Positions 36,325-49,261 of a DNA stretch of 64,000 nt are shown piece after piece (position 1 is the first letter of the stretch; the number at the start of each line of letters is the position of its first letter). The DNA lies in NCBI GenBank assembly GCA_030704615.1, contig CM060733.1, forward strand, positions 10,478,001 to 10,542,000, read 5' to 3'. The position numbers and the translations under genes are program-made. Source of the stretch: Takakia lepidozioides. Lineage: Eukaryota > Plantae > Bryophyta. The notes below the pieces were generated by a model. That model was not told the origin of the DNA, made no database searches, and saw only the letters and a list, made by a program, of their open reading frames with translations.

Positions 36325-39300
36325 ATGGCAAAGGAGGGTGAGGGGAGTGCGCCAGAGCAAAGAGGAGGCGAGCAAAGAGGCGACGAAGGAGGAGATAGTG
36401 CTGCATTGGCTGCGCCCCGTTTAAAACCTATGCAGGATGTCATCAACAACTCACCCTTCCGTCCCAAGCGTTCCACTGCTGGGAAGAGAAAGGATAGGGA
36501 TATGGTATCCACCTTCTACCCAAGGAAGGAGAAACCCATTACTGCAAGCAAGGAAGCTGGGAAGGGGAAGGAGATCAGAAAAGGGGATGCTTTCAGTATG
36601 AAGGTCAATGGCAAAGTTTATTCAAAGAGAAAGAATGAAAGAGAAGGTTCTGAGGAGTCCAACATTGACGACCAAGACAATGAGGATGAAGACGATGAAG
36701 ACGAGGAAGAGAGTGAGGAGGAGGAGGAGGAGTCTGTGTATGAGGAGGTCTTGGGGGAAGGAATGTTTGAAATGGAGGCAATCAGAAAGAAGAGAATCCG
36801 GAAGGTATTTTGACTCACTAAGTGTCTAAACTGCATTGAGGGATGCTCTCATGCCTATCTTCCACAGAGTGCTCTACACTGGATGTTCAGTTCGTCTTCA
36901 CAAAGCCTGACTGCTCCTGAGTGCCTATGCTAAGACAATATCCTTCAGTTTTTTTTCACAAAACTATTTTGACTGTTTGTCAGTTTTCTCTACATAAGGT
37001 ACTTTGACTACTCTCTACCTTGAGGCTTAGACATTGAGGTAAAACCCCTTACTTAGTGATGTAGATACCTATTTTGAGTAACTGAAGCAAGTTAGATGGT
37101 GATGGCAAATTATCGGGTGTTGAGTTGGACATGTGTGGCAATTGACATTGGTGTTTCCTGTTCAGTTTGTCTTCACAAATAAGCTGCCCTAGTAAGTTGT
37201 CTGTCTATATTGCAGTGGCAATGTATTTTGGTGTTTCATGTTCAGTTTGTTGTCATAAAGCTGATTGTCTACAAAGCTTACACATTGCCGCAAAAAGCTT
37301 CACTTAGTGATGTATGAGCCTAAAATTCCAGTTTTTTTCTTCACGATCTGGAACCAATCTACATTGCAGCCAAAAGCTTCAATGAGTGTGTAGGTACTCT
37401 TATGTAGTGGGTTGGAAGTTTGTGGCAACTAATACTTTTTTTCTGTTTAGTTTTCTCTTCACAAAGCTATACTGCATAAACTTCCTATACGGAAACATTA
37501 TAAACAACCAACTGGTTGTCCACATTGAAGTTCAAAAGTGCTGAACTTCATCACCTCAAACAATGAGCCTCTATTTCTTCACACAGCTATTTTGAGTATG
37601 AGCCTATACTGAAGCACAAAACTTCATCGAGTGATGTAGGCCCTCTTATGGAATGTTGAGTCGGCAACTAACATTGGTGTTTTTCGCTCTTTGTCCAGGG
37701 CAAGAGGGAGTACTTTGTAAAATGGTGAGTAATAAGAATCACACTGAAGTTTGTTTTTGGTCTTTCTGTTAGTCTTTCAGTTGGTATCGTCATCATCTTA
37801 GATATGCACAATTCTTTAGACAGTTTCTTAGATGGCAATACATGTGAAGATTTTGTTGCATTGCTTGTAATATCAAAGGACTCGTTGTGCTTGGCACCTA
37901 GCTGCTTAGATAGCAAGACATATATGTTACGTTGCATAACATGTGGAATCAAATGACTAAATCTGACTGGTGGCATAGGCGAGGTTGGCCAGAGAAGGAC
38001 AATACGTGGGAGCCGTATAAACATATAGCAAGATGTTGGGACATCCTCGAGGATTTTGAAAATAGGTGTGTGTGGAATTTCATTTAGCAATGACCTTTCT
38101 ATCTCTCCATTCTGTATGTTTAAATCACTAGTGCCCACCATCATGATCTACTCAGTGAAGATACTCTAGATGCTCACCAGCATCAACTCATGTCTGTGTG
38201 GGGTTGATGTGATGGATGTGCAGTTCCAAAGGACGCCGTGGGAAGCGCAAGTTTGGAAAATATACTATAGACAATAAGAAGAAACGTGGGTCTGTGTCTA
38301 TGTCCATGTCCATGTCTACTGCTGATGACGATGGGCCAAGTCAAAGTATAGGGAAGGATGAGAAACAACAAAAGAAAGAACGAAGGGTGCTAGACGTGAG
38401 ACAGGTAGATGAGGAGTTGGAAAGCACAGGGGAGGCTGCAAAACAACAAGGAGAAAGAAGAAAGGAAGAAAGAAGGATGTTTGACGTGAGACATGTAGAT
38501 GAGGGGTTGGACTCAAGTAATGCTGTTGCAGACTCGAGTAATGCAGTTGCTGAAAGTGAGGCTGTCCAAGATTTGCCAGGCAGCTCAAAATCAGAGGGAA
38601 CTGTGGCTGTGGGAGCAAAGAAGAGGAAGTGTGGTGCCCGACGACGGGTTATACAGCCCCTACATCAAGATGAAGAGACTAAGGAAGGGTTACTGGAAGC
38701 AGCCAAGAAGGATGGCGAGCAATCTGAAAGGACAAAGGCAACAGACATTGGGACAAAGGGGCAAGAGTTGGGCACTTCACATGTTAAAGATGATGGAAGT
38801 GAGCACAAAGAGTGCAAATCAGCTGCTCCTTTGGCATCTGAACAAGGGTCTGTGGAAGAAGCCAAGAAAGAAAGTGAGCAAACAGCTGGAAGAAAGGCAA
38901 CAAGCCTTGGGACAAGTTGTCATGAGTTGGGAACTTCAAATGATGTGCATGAGCACAAAGAGTGCAAATCAGCTCCTCCTGCTTTTAAAGATGGTTCTGT
39001 GGAAGAAGCCAAGAAGGAAGGTGAGGAAGCAGAAGGGAGAAATGCAACCAACAATGGCACAGATCGGCAAGAGTTTGGCTCTGAAAATATCAAAGATGAT
39101 GCATACGAGCAGAAAGAGTGCAAATCAGCTCCTCCAGCGTCTGAACACATTGAAAAACCCCCACCGTCTTCACCATTGCCAGATGTGAACATTGGAACAA
39201 CCACCAGCCCTTGTGTTACCAAGATTTTGAAAGCTATAAGTTACAGTAATTCGAGCATGAACGGAATGCAAGATGTTATGGTGCTTTTCAAGGCTACAAG

Positions 39301-40093
39301 GTTTGTCTTTCTTTTGATGCTTGCATATAGTCTGGTAGCTCTTGTGGAAGAGTTAATTGCGTGTTGAGATGAAGATAGTAGAATTTTCTAATGACATAGT
39401 TTGAATGGTCTATTTCCAAACTGTATGACATGCCAAGGGTGAATATAAAATCAAGCTGCATAAAGAATATGGCATCTAACATTCATGTAGATGTCAACGT
39501 CTTCTACTACTGAGGGGGATCTCCACAACAAAATTGTAAGTACAGACTATGCTCAATTATCTTAAACAATCCAATAGAGTGCTGCATAGGACTTCATGAA
39601 CTTATTTGTAACTATTTTTTCAGGGAGATTCTAAGGGGTGGAAGTTATGTAGGCTAGTTAAAGATATTGGAAAGCAGGTTTCCAGTGGAACTCACACTGT
39701 CAATGATGATTATTTATGGCTGACCAGTTCGAATGGGGAGGAGGTGGTTGTTGATAACAAATATATGCGAGATACCTACCCTCTTTTGGTACCATCTCAC
39801 ACCCCACTCTACTCTCTCTCTTGTTCATGTGTGGGTTGTCAATGATGTGATCAAATGTAGCTGAATTGTCTTCTCACTAGCTTAGAAATTCAATTTGTTT
39901 CCATGCCTTGTCCAGAAATGATACTAACTTCATTTGGATCTCATGATGGTGTCAACTGGTTAGCAAATGTCTTGATGACATAAGTTGAACATGTCATAAT
40001 TAGGGCTAAGATGCTAACAAAGGCTGGCTTGGAGTCATGTTGCAGCTGATCGATTTTTATGAGCAACACCTGAGGTATAGCACTGCGCAGTAA
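36325..40093 (+). CDS. LHP1: LIKE HETEROCHROMATIN PROTEIN 1 (chromodomain + chromo-shadow domain); exons 36325-36804, 37699-37724, 37979-38065, 38224-39300, 39728-39788, 40046-40093
   Basis: Acidic tract, [35 protein letters not shown] chromodomain, C-terminal VVVDNKYMRDTYPLLLIDFYEQHLRY; consistent splice phases. Confidence 0.93.
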
Positions 40094-41574
40094 TGTAAAT
40101 TTATGAACAAAGAGGTGGGAGATTTTTTATGGATTGGTGATGGAGAGAGCTAGACTTGTGACTAGCTTGCATGCTACTGCCAAAGCCCAAATTGCCCCTT
40201 TCCCAAAGTACGCATGGGTTGTCAAAAACTCATGGATACAGACATTGACCAATACAAAGTTGGCCTTGGCTCAAGAAAGGACCTGGCACTTTTGTGTTAG
40301 GCTAGTGTAGCAGTGCTAGAGCTTTGCAATTTGGATCAGCACAAGAGGACCCTTTGTATACGCATGCCTAGGTCCAAGGTTAGAAAGCTGAATAGTCCTC
40401 TAGTTTCCTAAAATTTGCTAAAACCTATGCGTTGATGTCGGCCCGAAGGGGGAACATGCCCTACTTTTTGTTGTAACATGTAGTTCGCTATCAGCTACCG
40501 CTCTTATGTAATTTGGAAGAATATTTAGAAATGAATTGACCTTGAGTAGCCCACAAATAGAAATAGAAGGTGAACTGAGGCAGAATTGAAAGCAAAAGGT
40601 ATGAAAGAGACTTTGGTAGACCTGGTGTTCAACTATAATTCCATGTCTTGCAATGCAGCCACAATTGACAGATTCCTTGCGTTTGCGCACTCAGTGGTTG
40701 TAAAACTATGAAAACACACTTATTAGTAAATTGGGATGTGTGGAGTGTGGACAACCCATGAGGGTAGTAACAAGGTTTGTTGTGGCACTGACTATTGGTG
40801 TTGCTTAAGATTAATATCTTAGGAATATGTGGATGATTTTCATATCATTTTGAATAAGTGGCCCCAACAGTCCAAGGATTGTTATCCATCAGTTACTGGG
40901 AGACCCTTGAATTAGAAATACGGTGGTCTTATACTCTATTGACTAACAAAACCATAGTTACTACCAAGCGAATGAACAAAATAACCCCTGGAAGCCATGA
41001 AGTATACAAGAGACACATAGAATCCCCAGACCAACCGGCCAGGAAACCATACCACACCAGACAAGGTAACAGGCATGTGCGTCAAGGGACAGGCAGTACT
41101 CTATCCAACTGAGCTACCATGCTGGTACAAGTTTTGATAACTATCATGCCTCTTTGTATTGCATGTGACTTCTGAAATCTGAAAGAATCTCTCTTGGTAA
41201 TATGTATGGGGTACATACATATATAGATATATATAGTGTTTTCTTGTGAGAAGGAACTTATTACTGGTAGTTTGCCCTAAGCCCTAGTTTCATTGAGAAT
41301 TTCTTCATTTCCTACTTAATTTGATATCCATTCAAAAACATTCATTCAATTCAATGTATCTTTTTTATTTTTCAATATAGTATGGTTTATGGCATCAAAA
41401 TTTCAGCATAAATTACTGCAATAATTTTTTAAATATAATACTAAAAAAGGATGAATTTCCATGTATTTTTCAAAATAATTCCACCTATTTGAATTAATGT
41501 TGATTAAAGCAAACTACACTTATTATCATGCATATGGTTCAACTATGAAAGATTAATTGGGTTTGTAGGTTATA

Positions 41575-42529
41575 CTAGGGTAGCCTGTGCCGTTGGCCCA
41601 AGTGTCCAGTGTCATGTAAGTCCAAGTACAATCCCCTATCTGTTCAAGTGGCGTCTCCTATGTTGAAGCTCAAGTGCAACCTCTAGGATAGCCTGTGCCC
41701 AAGTGTCCAATGTCATCTAAGTCCAAGTGCGATCCCTATGTATCAAGAGATTCTGTTTGGGAGATCTCCATGTCATTGTTCCAACAAAGCCCACTTTGCA
41801 ATTTTCGCAATCTCGCCTGTTGAGGCTTCATATATTGATATATCCACTTTGTTATTTTTCACGAATTTCAAAGTACTTGAAATTCCAAATCTCTCACATG
41901 AAGGGCCAATCATTGCTCATCTCCCACACCGCGGGTCCAAAAATCATGAGACCAAGCCCCGGCGCCCCTCCACATCGAGGGCTTTCCATCGGCACCAAAG
42001 CACAAGCGTTGGGCCCGCGGTTTCAACCCCATGGAGATAGGCATTCAGTGCCCGCTTGTCCGGCACTCTTTAGGCTCATCGAGGATCTCAACGACGTTAC
42101 AAAACAAAACAAAACACTCGCTTCATATATTGACTAGGGTAGCCTGTGTCGTTGGCCCAAGTGTCCAATGTCATCTAAGTCCAAGTGCATCAATATATGA
42201 AGCAAGCCGTATCTAATCAATTTTTTTTCCACAGAGCCTGCGACCAGATTTGAACCAGAGACCTTTGCGTTGATACCTCTCCTGCCGAGGCTCCAACCAT
42301 TGTCCAAGGAATGCCCATTTTGCTATTTCTGTTATTTTTCGTGAATTTTCAGCGACCCAAAGTACTTGAAATCCCACATCTCCCACACATCACGTCCAAA
42401 AATCATGAGACCAAGCCCGAGCACCCCTCTTCATTGAGGGCTTTCCAAGGTACCAAGCATCAGGGCTAGGCCCGCGGTTTGGGAACAAAACAAAACAAAA
42501 CAAAACAAACGTCTCGATTCATATATTGA
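41575..42529 (-). mobile_element. Head-to-tail dimer of non-autonomous Helitrons (42529-42134 and 42133-41575)
   Basis: On the minus strand: A|TCAATATATGAA 5' end; 3' ends with a CTTGGGCCAACGRCACAGG hairpin then CTACCCTAG; direct CTAG|TC junction at 42134/42133; final CTAG|T. Confidence 0.75.
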
Positions 42530-42558
42530 TATAGGGTTTGTTAACTCCTTGAAAGAAA

Positions 42559-42745
42559 AACCAACAGCTCTCAGTTGGATATTGCCAACCAGATGATTCT
42601 GGGGTCAAATCCTGCTACATTGATGGGTGTGGTATGTTTTCTCCCATGCAAAAGCCTTCACAACGAGGTTACTGTGAAAGAGGTTATTTTCTCCTCTCAC
42701 TATAATTAAGGGGCCTGATTTGTGAGCTGTCGCTCCCACGTGGGT
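42559..42745 (+). mobile_element. tRNA-derived SINE copy 1
   Basis: Degenerate box A (CTCAGTTGG), box B GGGTCAAATCC; body homologous to 43426-43620. Confidence 0.65.
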
Positions 42746-43425
42746 TTTCCTTTAGGAGAAAAAAAAACAAAAGCCCTTTGAAGCGTTTAAGTTAAGAACT
42801 TGATTAAAGTGTGCGTTGAGGTACACTTTTTGGAAGACAATAATTATAATTTTACCATGATAGTTATTGAACAATTAAAAGTGGATTTATGTTCTAGAAA
42901 AACTGCAAAATCATAAACAAAATTAAGTTTATTTCTTTCTGTAACTTTATTTTAAATTTTCTTTGGATTTTTCTATATCACTATTATTGTCTTTAGAAGA
43001 AAAACTTTACTCTCCATTGGTTGCCTCAATCAGGCGCCTAGAGCCGTCCCCAACCTTTCCCTTAAAGAATGGACAACATTAAAATTGCAAATGAAAAACA
43101 CCATGACTACTACATTTGGGTTATGATTAAAAGAATAAAAATGAAGTAAACTTAGCCCGTAGTCCAAGTTATGTTTATATGGATAATAAAAAATGGATCA
43201 GACTTTTGAGATCATTTTTAAATGAATTACCACGGCCGCCCCCAATCCTACCACCCTATTGGCTGTTCCCCTGCAGCTGCCAATTCCCCCCCTCTAGATT
43301 ATGCCCTGATATCACCAGTATTCCCACCAGGCACAGACTTCATTCCCACCAAGACATGCTCCATCTGCTACATAGAATTTACATGTCACAATCTTACCAG
43401 ACCAAGTTCTCAAGAACAAAACGCG

Positions 43426-43620
43426 AACCAACAGTCGGTAGCTCAGTTGGATGTGCCACCCAGATGATTCTGGGTCAAATCCAGCTACCTTGATGGCTGT
43501 GGTATGTTCTTCTCCCCCTTCCCTTGGGCGGTGTCCCATGTGAAAGCCTTCAAGGCGAAAGAGGTTTTTTTTCCTCTCACTATAATTAAGGGGCCTGATT
43601 TGTGAGCCTGTCACTCCCAG
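43426..43620 (+). mobile_element. tRNA-derived SINE copy 2
   Basis: Box A TAGCTCAGTTGG, box B GGGTCAAATCC; shares TCCTCTCACTATAATTAAGGGGCCTGATTTGTGAGC with copy 1. Confidence 0.7.
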
Positions 43621-44272
43621 GTAACTCGAGCAACATAGACCTTGTTTTCACTTCTTCAAATTTGAGTTATATAAGAAAAAAGATCAACCACAACCAATTT
43701 GCTCTCAATCATGTTAATCATTTCACAACTTATTCATAACTACAACAAAATGTGTTCTGTTCCTAACACAACCTCTAATCACAAAACAAACGGAGCTTTA
43801 CTTTGCCCACAAGACAGCATAATATGCCTCACAAATAGTGCAACTGTGCTTATGACGTTCTCGCAGTTTATGGTATAATTCCTTACGAGCAGAGGTCATG
43901 ATTGAAAGGGTTTCATTGCATAGCTCTCAGGGACAACAGGCAGAAGTGACTTCAACCATGTCAGCCTCTTGAGGCAGAAATGTTCTGTACATGACTGTAC
44001 TAAGAACATAATTGAGTGGGATCCGTAATGAAAGTAACTACCTCACCAACAACCAAACTTTCTGTCAAACCAAGTCAAGATCTGCGAAGTGAAGCTTTGG
44101 CCAACATCTACTTAACACGAGCTACACAGAGAACATTTGTAACAATCAACATACACGTCTGTTTGCTAGCCTTTGCTCATGACCTAGATAGGGCAGTTAC
44201 TGTCTGCGTATGATTTTCTAGAATGGAAACCTGCAAACTGGCTGGAATGTGTGGCTCATCTAACCAACAACT

Positions 44273-47212
44273 CTAGTGAATGCCAGAGATAGAGTGTTCC
44301 ACCATAGATGGCCCTTCAATCTCCCAACCAACACCACATGAGGGAGAGCCACATGATCCACCCCCACGAGTGCGCTTTTTCAAATGTTCTAGGCTGGCTA
44401 CTCGTTGCATTGATGGTGTCCGCCCCATCTTACCTCCACTATTGCCTTGCTGTTGTGAGCCACAACCTTGCTTAGCGTGTGGCATGTATAGTGACACATC
44501 TAGTGGTGCTGCCGTATATCTCAGGCTCTGGTTGGACATGTAAGGGGAGGCAGGCCGTGAGTGGGCATTTGCATGACTTCTAGCTACCGAGTCTTCTGCC
44601 ATCTTTACCTGCCATGTTCGAGTCAAGCTCATTTACTCGTTAATTCCATGTAATCAGCCATGCTCAAGAAGCGACACATTGATATGACCATGCACTTAAT
44701 TGCTGCTCAATGGCCCGGGATGTGGGATACGTCATCAGACATTAAGTGATAGGCTTTCATGAACCTTCTCCATCATGATCAAAATGTCGAAACTCCCAAA
44801 AATGAACATCACTATTCAACCACATGATCTAACCATTACACAAACAGAATAATCTCAACGCAAGACTTTGCAGTACATAGTAGGCTAACTTGCTGACAAA
44901 CTGTGCCATCAAGTGAGTGGCATGATTCAAGAAACTGTTGGCAAGACAGGTACATACCTTGGCATGCAACGCCTGAACATCTGCTTTAAGGACACGGTTG
45001 TCAACAGCAGCTTCGCTGAGCTTCTGACTAATCTCTGTCAGCTGCTGTACCAATGTAGAATTTTCCACTCGTAGTTGCCCTACCTGCCACCACAATGTAA
45101 AGTCTAATTTTTTAAAAAAATTGCTTCATCCTAACTGGTCCTAGCTTATTCACCAACTATTGCCTTACCTATTCTACTACTGATAAGAGCCCACTTCCCA
45201 AAGGAGGCGGTACTCACAGGGGAAGAGGTTCTTATTTACGCTGACTTCAGTCAGTATCCTGTGTCTCTCTCTTTTCATATTACTGTGATAACATGATACC
45301 CTACCATGCTCAAGGTGACAACCACTTCACAAATTAAGCAATAGAAACCAAGGGACATGGATGAGTAAGCCCACATGTGGAACAAACCTGCAGCTCAAGC
45401 TCACTTAAATGTGCCTGTTTCCTTCTTCGTGATCGCCTTGCTGACTCCCTGTTGGACAACATCCTGCTCCATACCCATCCACCCCATAACTGAAAATGAA
45501 TTACTTAGAATAGAAAGGAAAATAAACATGAGACTAAAAACTGATCCACTGCACTTACTTCAAAGGGGTGAAATGACTAATGTTTGTGAAGCAGAAATGA
45601 AGTCCAGGGGAGTACCCCGTCAGCTGAATCAGACAATGGAGAAAAGCTATGCATCCTCGCCATCCTGCCCACTAAACATCTCCTTTGGTCAATTGTACCA
45701 GCTAACTTAAAACTAGTGGTCAGGTAACCAGCCCCTCCAAATTTCAGCCTTGAGCCCAATGTGGGCCTGAGCTACTCCTGAAGCTCCCTGAAGCTCTACT
45801 TGTTGTTTGAACGTAGAGGGGAAGCTCACAGTAGATTTATCTCGAGCTTCACCTCATTCACTCGTGTGTACCTTCTTCTAGAGGGATGAGTGGAGAAAGA
45901 AAGACACCTCTTCACCCGTTTGAGATCACCAGGGTCCATGTTTTGGCCCAACTCCAAATCCAGATCATCATCATCTGACAGCTCCGAACCACTCGTGATG
46001 GGTTGAGTCCTTCTTGGTCTAGCAGTTGGTTTGTCGGGCTTTGGAGGCAGTGCAGGAATGCCAATAGGCCCAACTGCTCCTCTGTGTGACCCTGCCATAG
46101 CACCTGAAATGTAGTACCCAGTTGGGAGAAGGTCAAGCAATCTTCCAGCAGGCCATACACCAATCACCAATCCAAGTCAATCCTACTTACAGAACCTATA
46201 GCTGATGTTGTGTCTGCGACACAAATGACATTCTTCTGCAAGCTAAGATTAGGTTCTGAGCATGTGGGTGCACAGCAACAAGGATGGTCCTGCTGCTACA
46301 CCTTCTGCCTGCTGAACGCCAGGCCTAACCTGAGCTCCTCCAATCATTGCCAGCATGCACCATGCAGAGTAACAAGGAAGATCCTCGCAAGAAAGGGACC
46401 CACCAGAGCCTGTTACTACACCCTCTGCCTGCTTAACTGCAGGTCTAGCCTGAGCTCCTCCTGCTGTTGCCTGCACGCAAAAATCCCATCCACCCCGATG
46501 TGCTCCAATCAATCCCCAATGTCCACTGTTGTCCAAATCACTCAGACACTGGGTGACAGCCACCAACATGAACTCATAGTACGTCTCTCAGACAAAGTAC
46601 ATCATGAAAGAGAACTTGTCCAAGACGATTTTTTGATATTCATCCCGGCTTCACTGTTCAAACAGCATGTGATAAACCAACCGACGGATGCAAAAGCAAA
46701 GCTTACATAATGAAAGGGTAAGAGCAGACCCGAGTCAGTGCAACAGCCGCACAGGCCAAATCAAGGCGATGCTTGAGAAAATGCGCATAGTCCTGCTGGC
46801 TACTGTTGGTCGCGCTGGTCACCTCTTCTCGCAGTCCAGCAAACAACGGGTTCAATGCTCCTCTTACCTCCTCAACTTGCTCCATCCTAGCACTCAGTTG
46901 CCCCTCCTCCGCAGGAACAGGTGGCTGGGGCAGCCTCACGTTCTCCTCCTCCTCCTCCTCCTCCTCCTCCTCCTCGTCAATTATCAATTGGCGACTGTGT
47001 ATGTTCAAGGGTGCGTATTCAACTGAGGCTGTATGCACCCTCAGAAATTCCTGAAACGCCCATTCCGAATCACTACGATTCATTCCCTTCTCACCTCTTG
47101 CATCCGCTGTAGTGGAGGTCAGTGGCACACCGCCAGCTCCACTATTCTCTCCTTGCGTGTCCAGCTTCCAGAACGTATTTAGTATATCATCTACCGAGAA
47201 GGCACGCTCCAT
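44273..47212 (-). CDS. Group-C bZIP transcription factor (CPRF2/bZIP63-like; exons 47212-46730, 46470-46404, 46103-45908, 45463-45388, 45083-44958, 44608-44273; about 427 aa)
   Basis: [24 protein letters not shown], basic region [24 protein letters not shown], zipper with [29 protein letters not shown]. Confidence 0.93.
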
Positions 47213-49261
47213 CTCTCTGGACTTCCACTATAATTCGCCTTCGCTGAATTTGATATAGTGAGTGCCTTATCGTGTATTCCCACCTGATTCCCGCTCTTCT
47301 CTGCCTGCTTCCCAGGTTGAGATAGGGAGCATGGTCTTAACAAACGCGGAAGCCAAACAAAGCCAGACCACATCAAAGACTACTTAATGTGCTGTCCACA
47401 CAATCGCGTAGCCTGCCATTCCCTTGCTTCCCTTCGCATCAACCATCGTTGCCACCCTTGCAAAAGATTCAAGTTGGAGAAACAGAAGAACCCAGAGTTT
47501 CTACAAGCAGACAGTCAGCTTCTACAAACAGCGACGTAACAATTGATGGAGAAGAAGGGTAACAGGAACGCAAAAGCATCCAGCCCTCTAGAAAAACAGC
47601 TCAAGCAACAAGCGCACTTCTATCCAGCACACTTCCTCATATAGTGGGCCCTCCCGCATGTCGGGCCACCTGTAAGAGATGTGAGGGATGCCACGGATCG
47701 AGCTGCGCACATGTCATTGACCACAACGAGTCAAAATGAGCAGTTACCCAACCCAACCTGGAGGCTTGCTAACACAAATCTTGCACACTTTGCTGATCCC
47801 AGGCAAAGGAATCGCACAGCAGGAGCTTTTAGAAAGCTCGCAGAATGTAGCTCGGCCGAGCTCAACTGGTTCATAAACAATCATAACACCCCAGTCCCTC
47901 TTGCGCTTTTAATAATATGGCTGTACACCTGCTGGCACCTACTTGCACGAGGATATATCGTAGCCTACTACAAAGCTACCGATCTCCAACCTCCATGTAT
48001 CCTTCCATACCCACGTCCAATCCACATCCGCAGCCGACCTCGGAACATTGAATAACAGATTTATAGTCAGCACGAGAGGGATCACGCTAGCCTAGCTGGC
48101 CTCATATTGGGATGGAAGCACTGTGCACGGATGAGGAACACTCGACAGCTATCCACGATCTGAACGAGAGTAAAAGATAAGGGTTAAAGTGAGGTGGGAG
48201 GCAGCTTCCATCACCACGTGGGGCCAAAGGGCCCACCGAGTGTACCCACCAAGATTGAGCTTGCACAGGGGAATGTCCGACATGGCTGGAGGCGGCGCAG
48301 TCATCCACCATGGCAGCTGCACACACGCCGAGTGCTTGCACCGCCAGCAAACATTTGCGGGGCTGACGACACAAGATCTTCACTCGGAAAGTGCAGCGCT
48401 GCTTCTCCCTCTGCCCAGTGCCGAGTTCCAATTCCCCACACTAAGTTTTGCAGGTTTATGAGCTATTCAGCTTCGATGACTCAATCGACAAGATAAAAAG
48501 GTCTTTCTTCTTTCGTAGGTAGTGTATGCATGACCTCGCTTCATCCGTTCTGCTCGAGAAGATGTTGGATTTGAAACTCGAGAAGATGATTCCATACTCT
48601 CACACGGGACAACAGTGCAAAAAATGAGATTGCCTTACTTCCAGCTGCATATCAGAAGTGGCAATACGCTGCAGGGTACACACAGCTATAGATAGCAGCT
48701 ATCATATCTGTATAACTACCTCAACTAGTATTGCAAGCTGCAGAGTGGAGAAATTCTGCAGCCACTGAAAAGCTGAAGAGTATGCTGGACAAGTACTCTT
48801 TGAATGTCAAATGTAATATACAAAACACACCATGTATACCACAAATACACATTTCACATATGTACCAAGAGGACTGTAGAGTTTCCTTATCCTACAAAGG
48901 AAGATTGACTCCAAAGTTTTAACCTCCCATTTGCCACGCCCAAAAGTCGCTGCGAGAAAAAGAGACACCCATGGTCCAACACCATTGAAACTGGACACTA
49001 AAGGTATAGACAGTGGAGGAAGGTCAAACCAGGTGACAGTCTTGGAATCCTTCCATCTGGAACACCTACATTCTAAGTGACAGCTGCAAATTAAGTACAG
49101 CCCAAAAATAGACCTAGCTCTGCCTAAGTTCCTCCATGCAATTTTTGCTACTCCTCATGAAGGCAGCTCGAGATCCCATGCTTTGCAGCAACAAACACAG
49201 CTCAAAATTCATTCATTATGAGGAAGTAACACACTTTAACTAGTTTACATGAGGGCTCGAG

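Noticed and set aside
38499-39188. 229-aa alternative-frame ORF
   Set aside because: Shadow frame of the repetitive LHP1 exon.
43434-43490. tRNA gene
   Set aside because: Box A and B are present but there is no complete cloverleaf, and the downstream body is shared with a second copy, so it is a SINE. The same reasoning applies to the tRNA-like pieces near 20897, 41100 and 56700.
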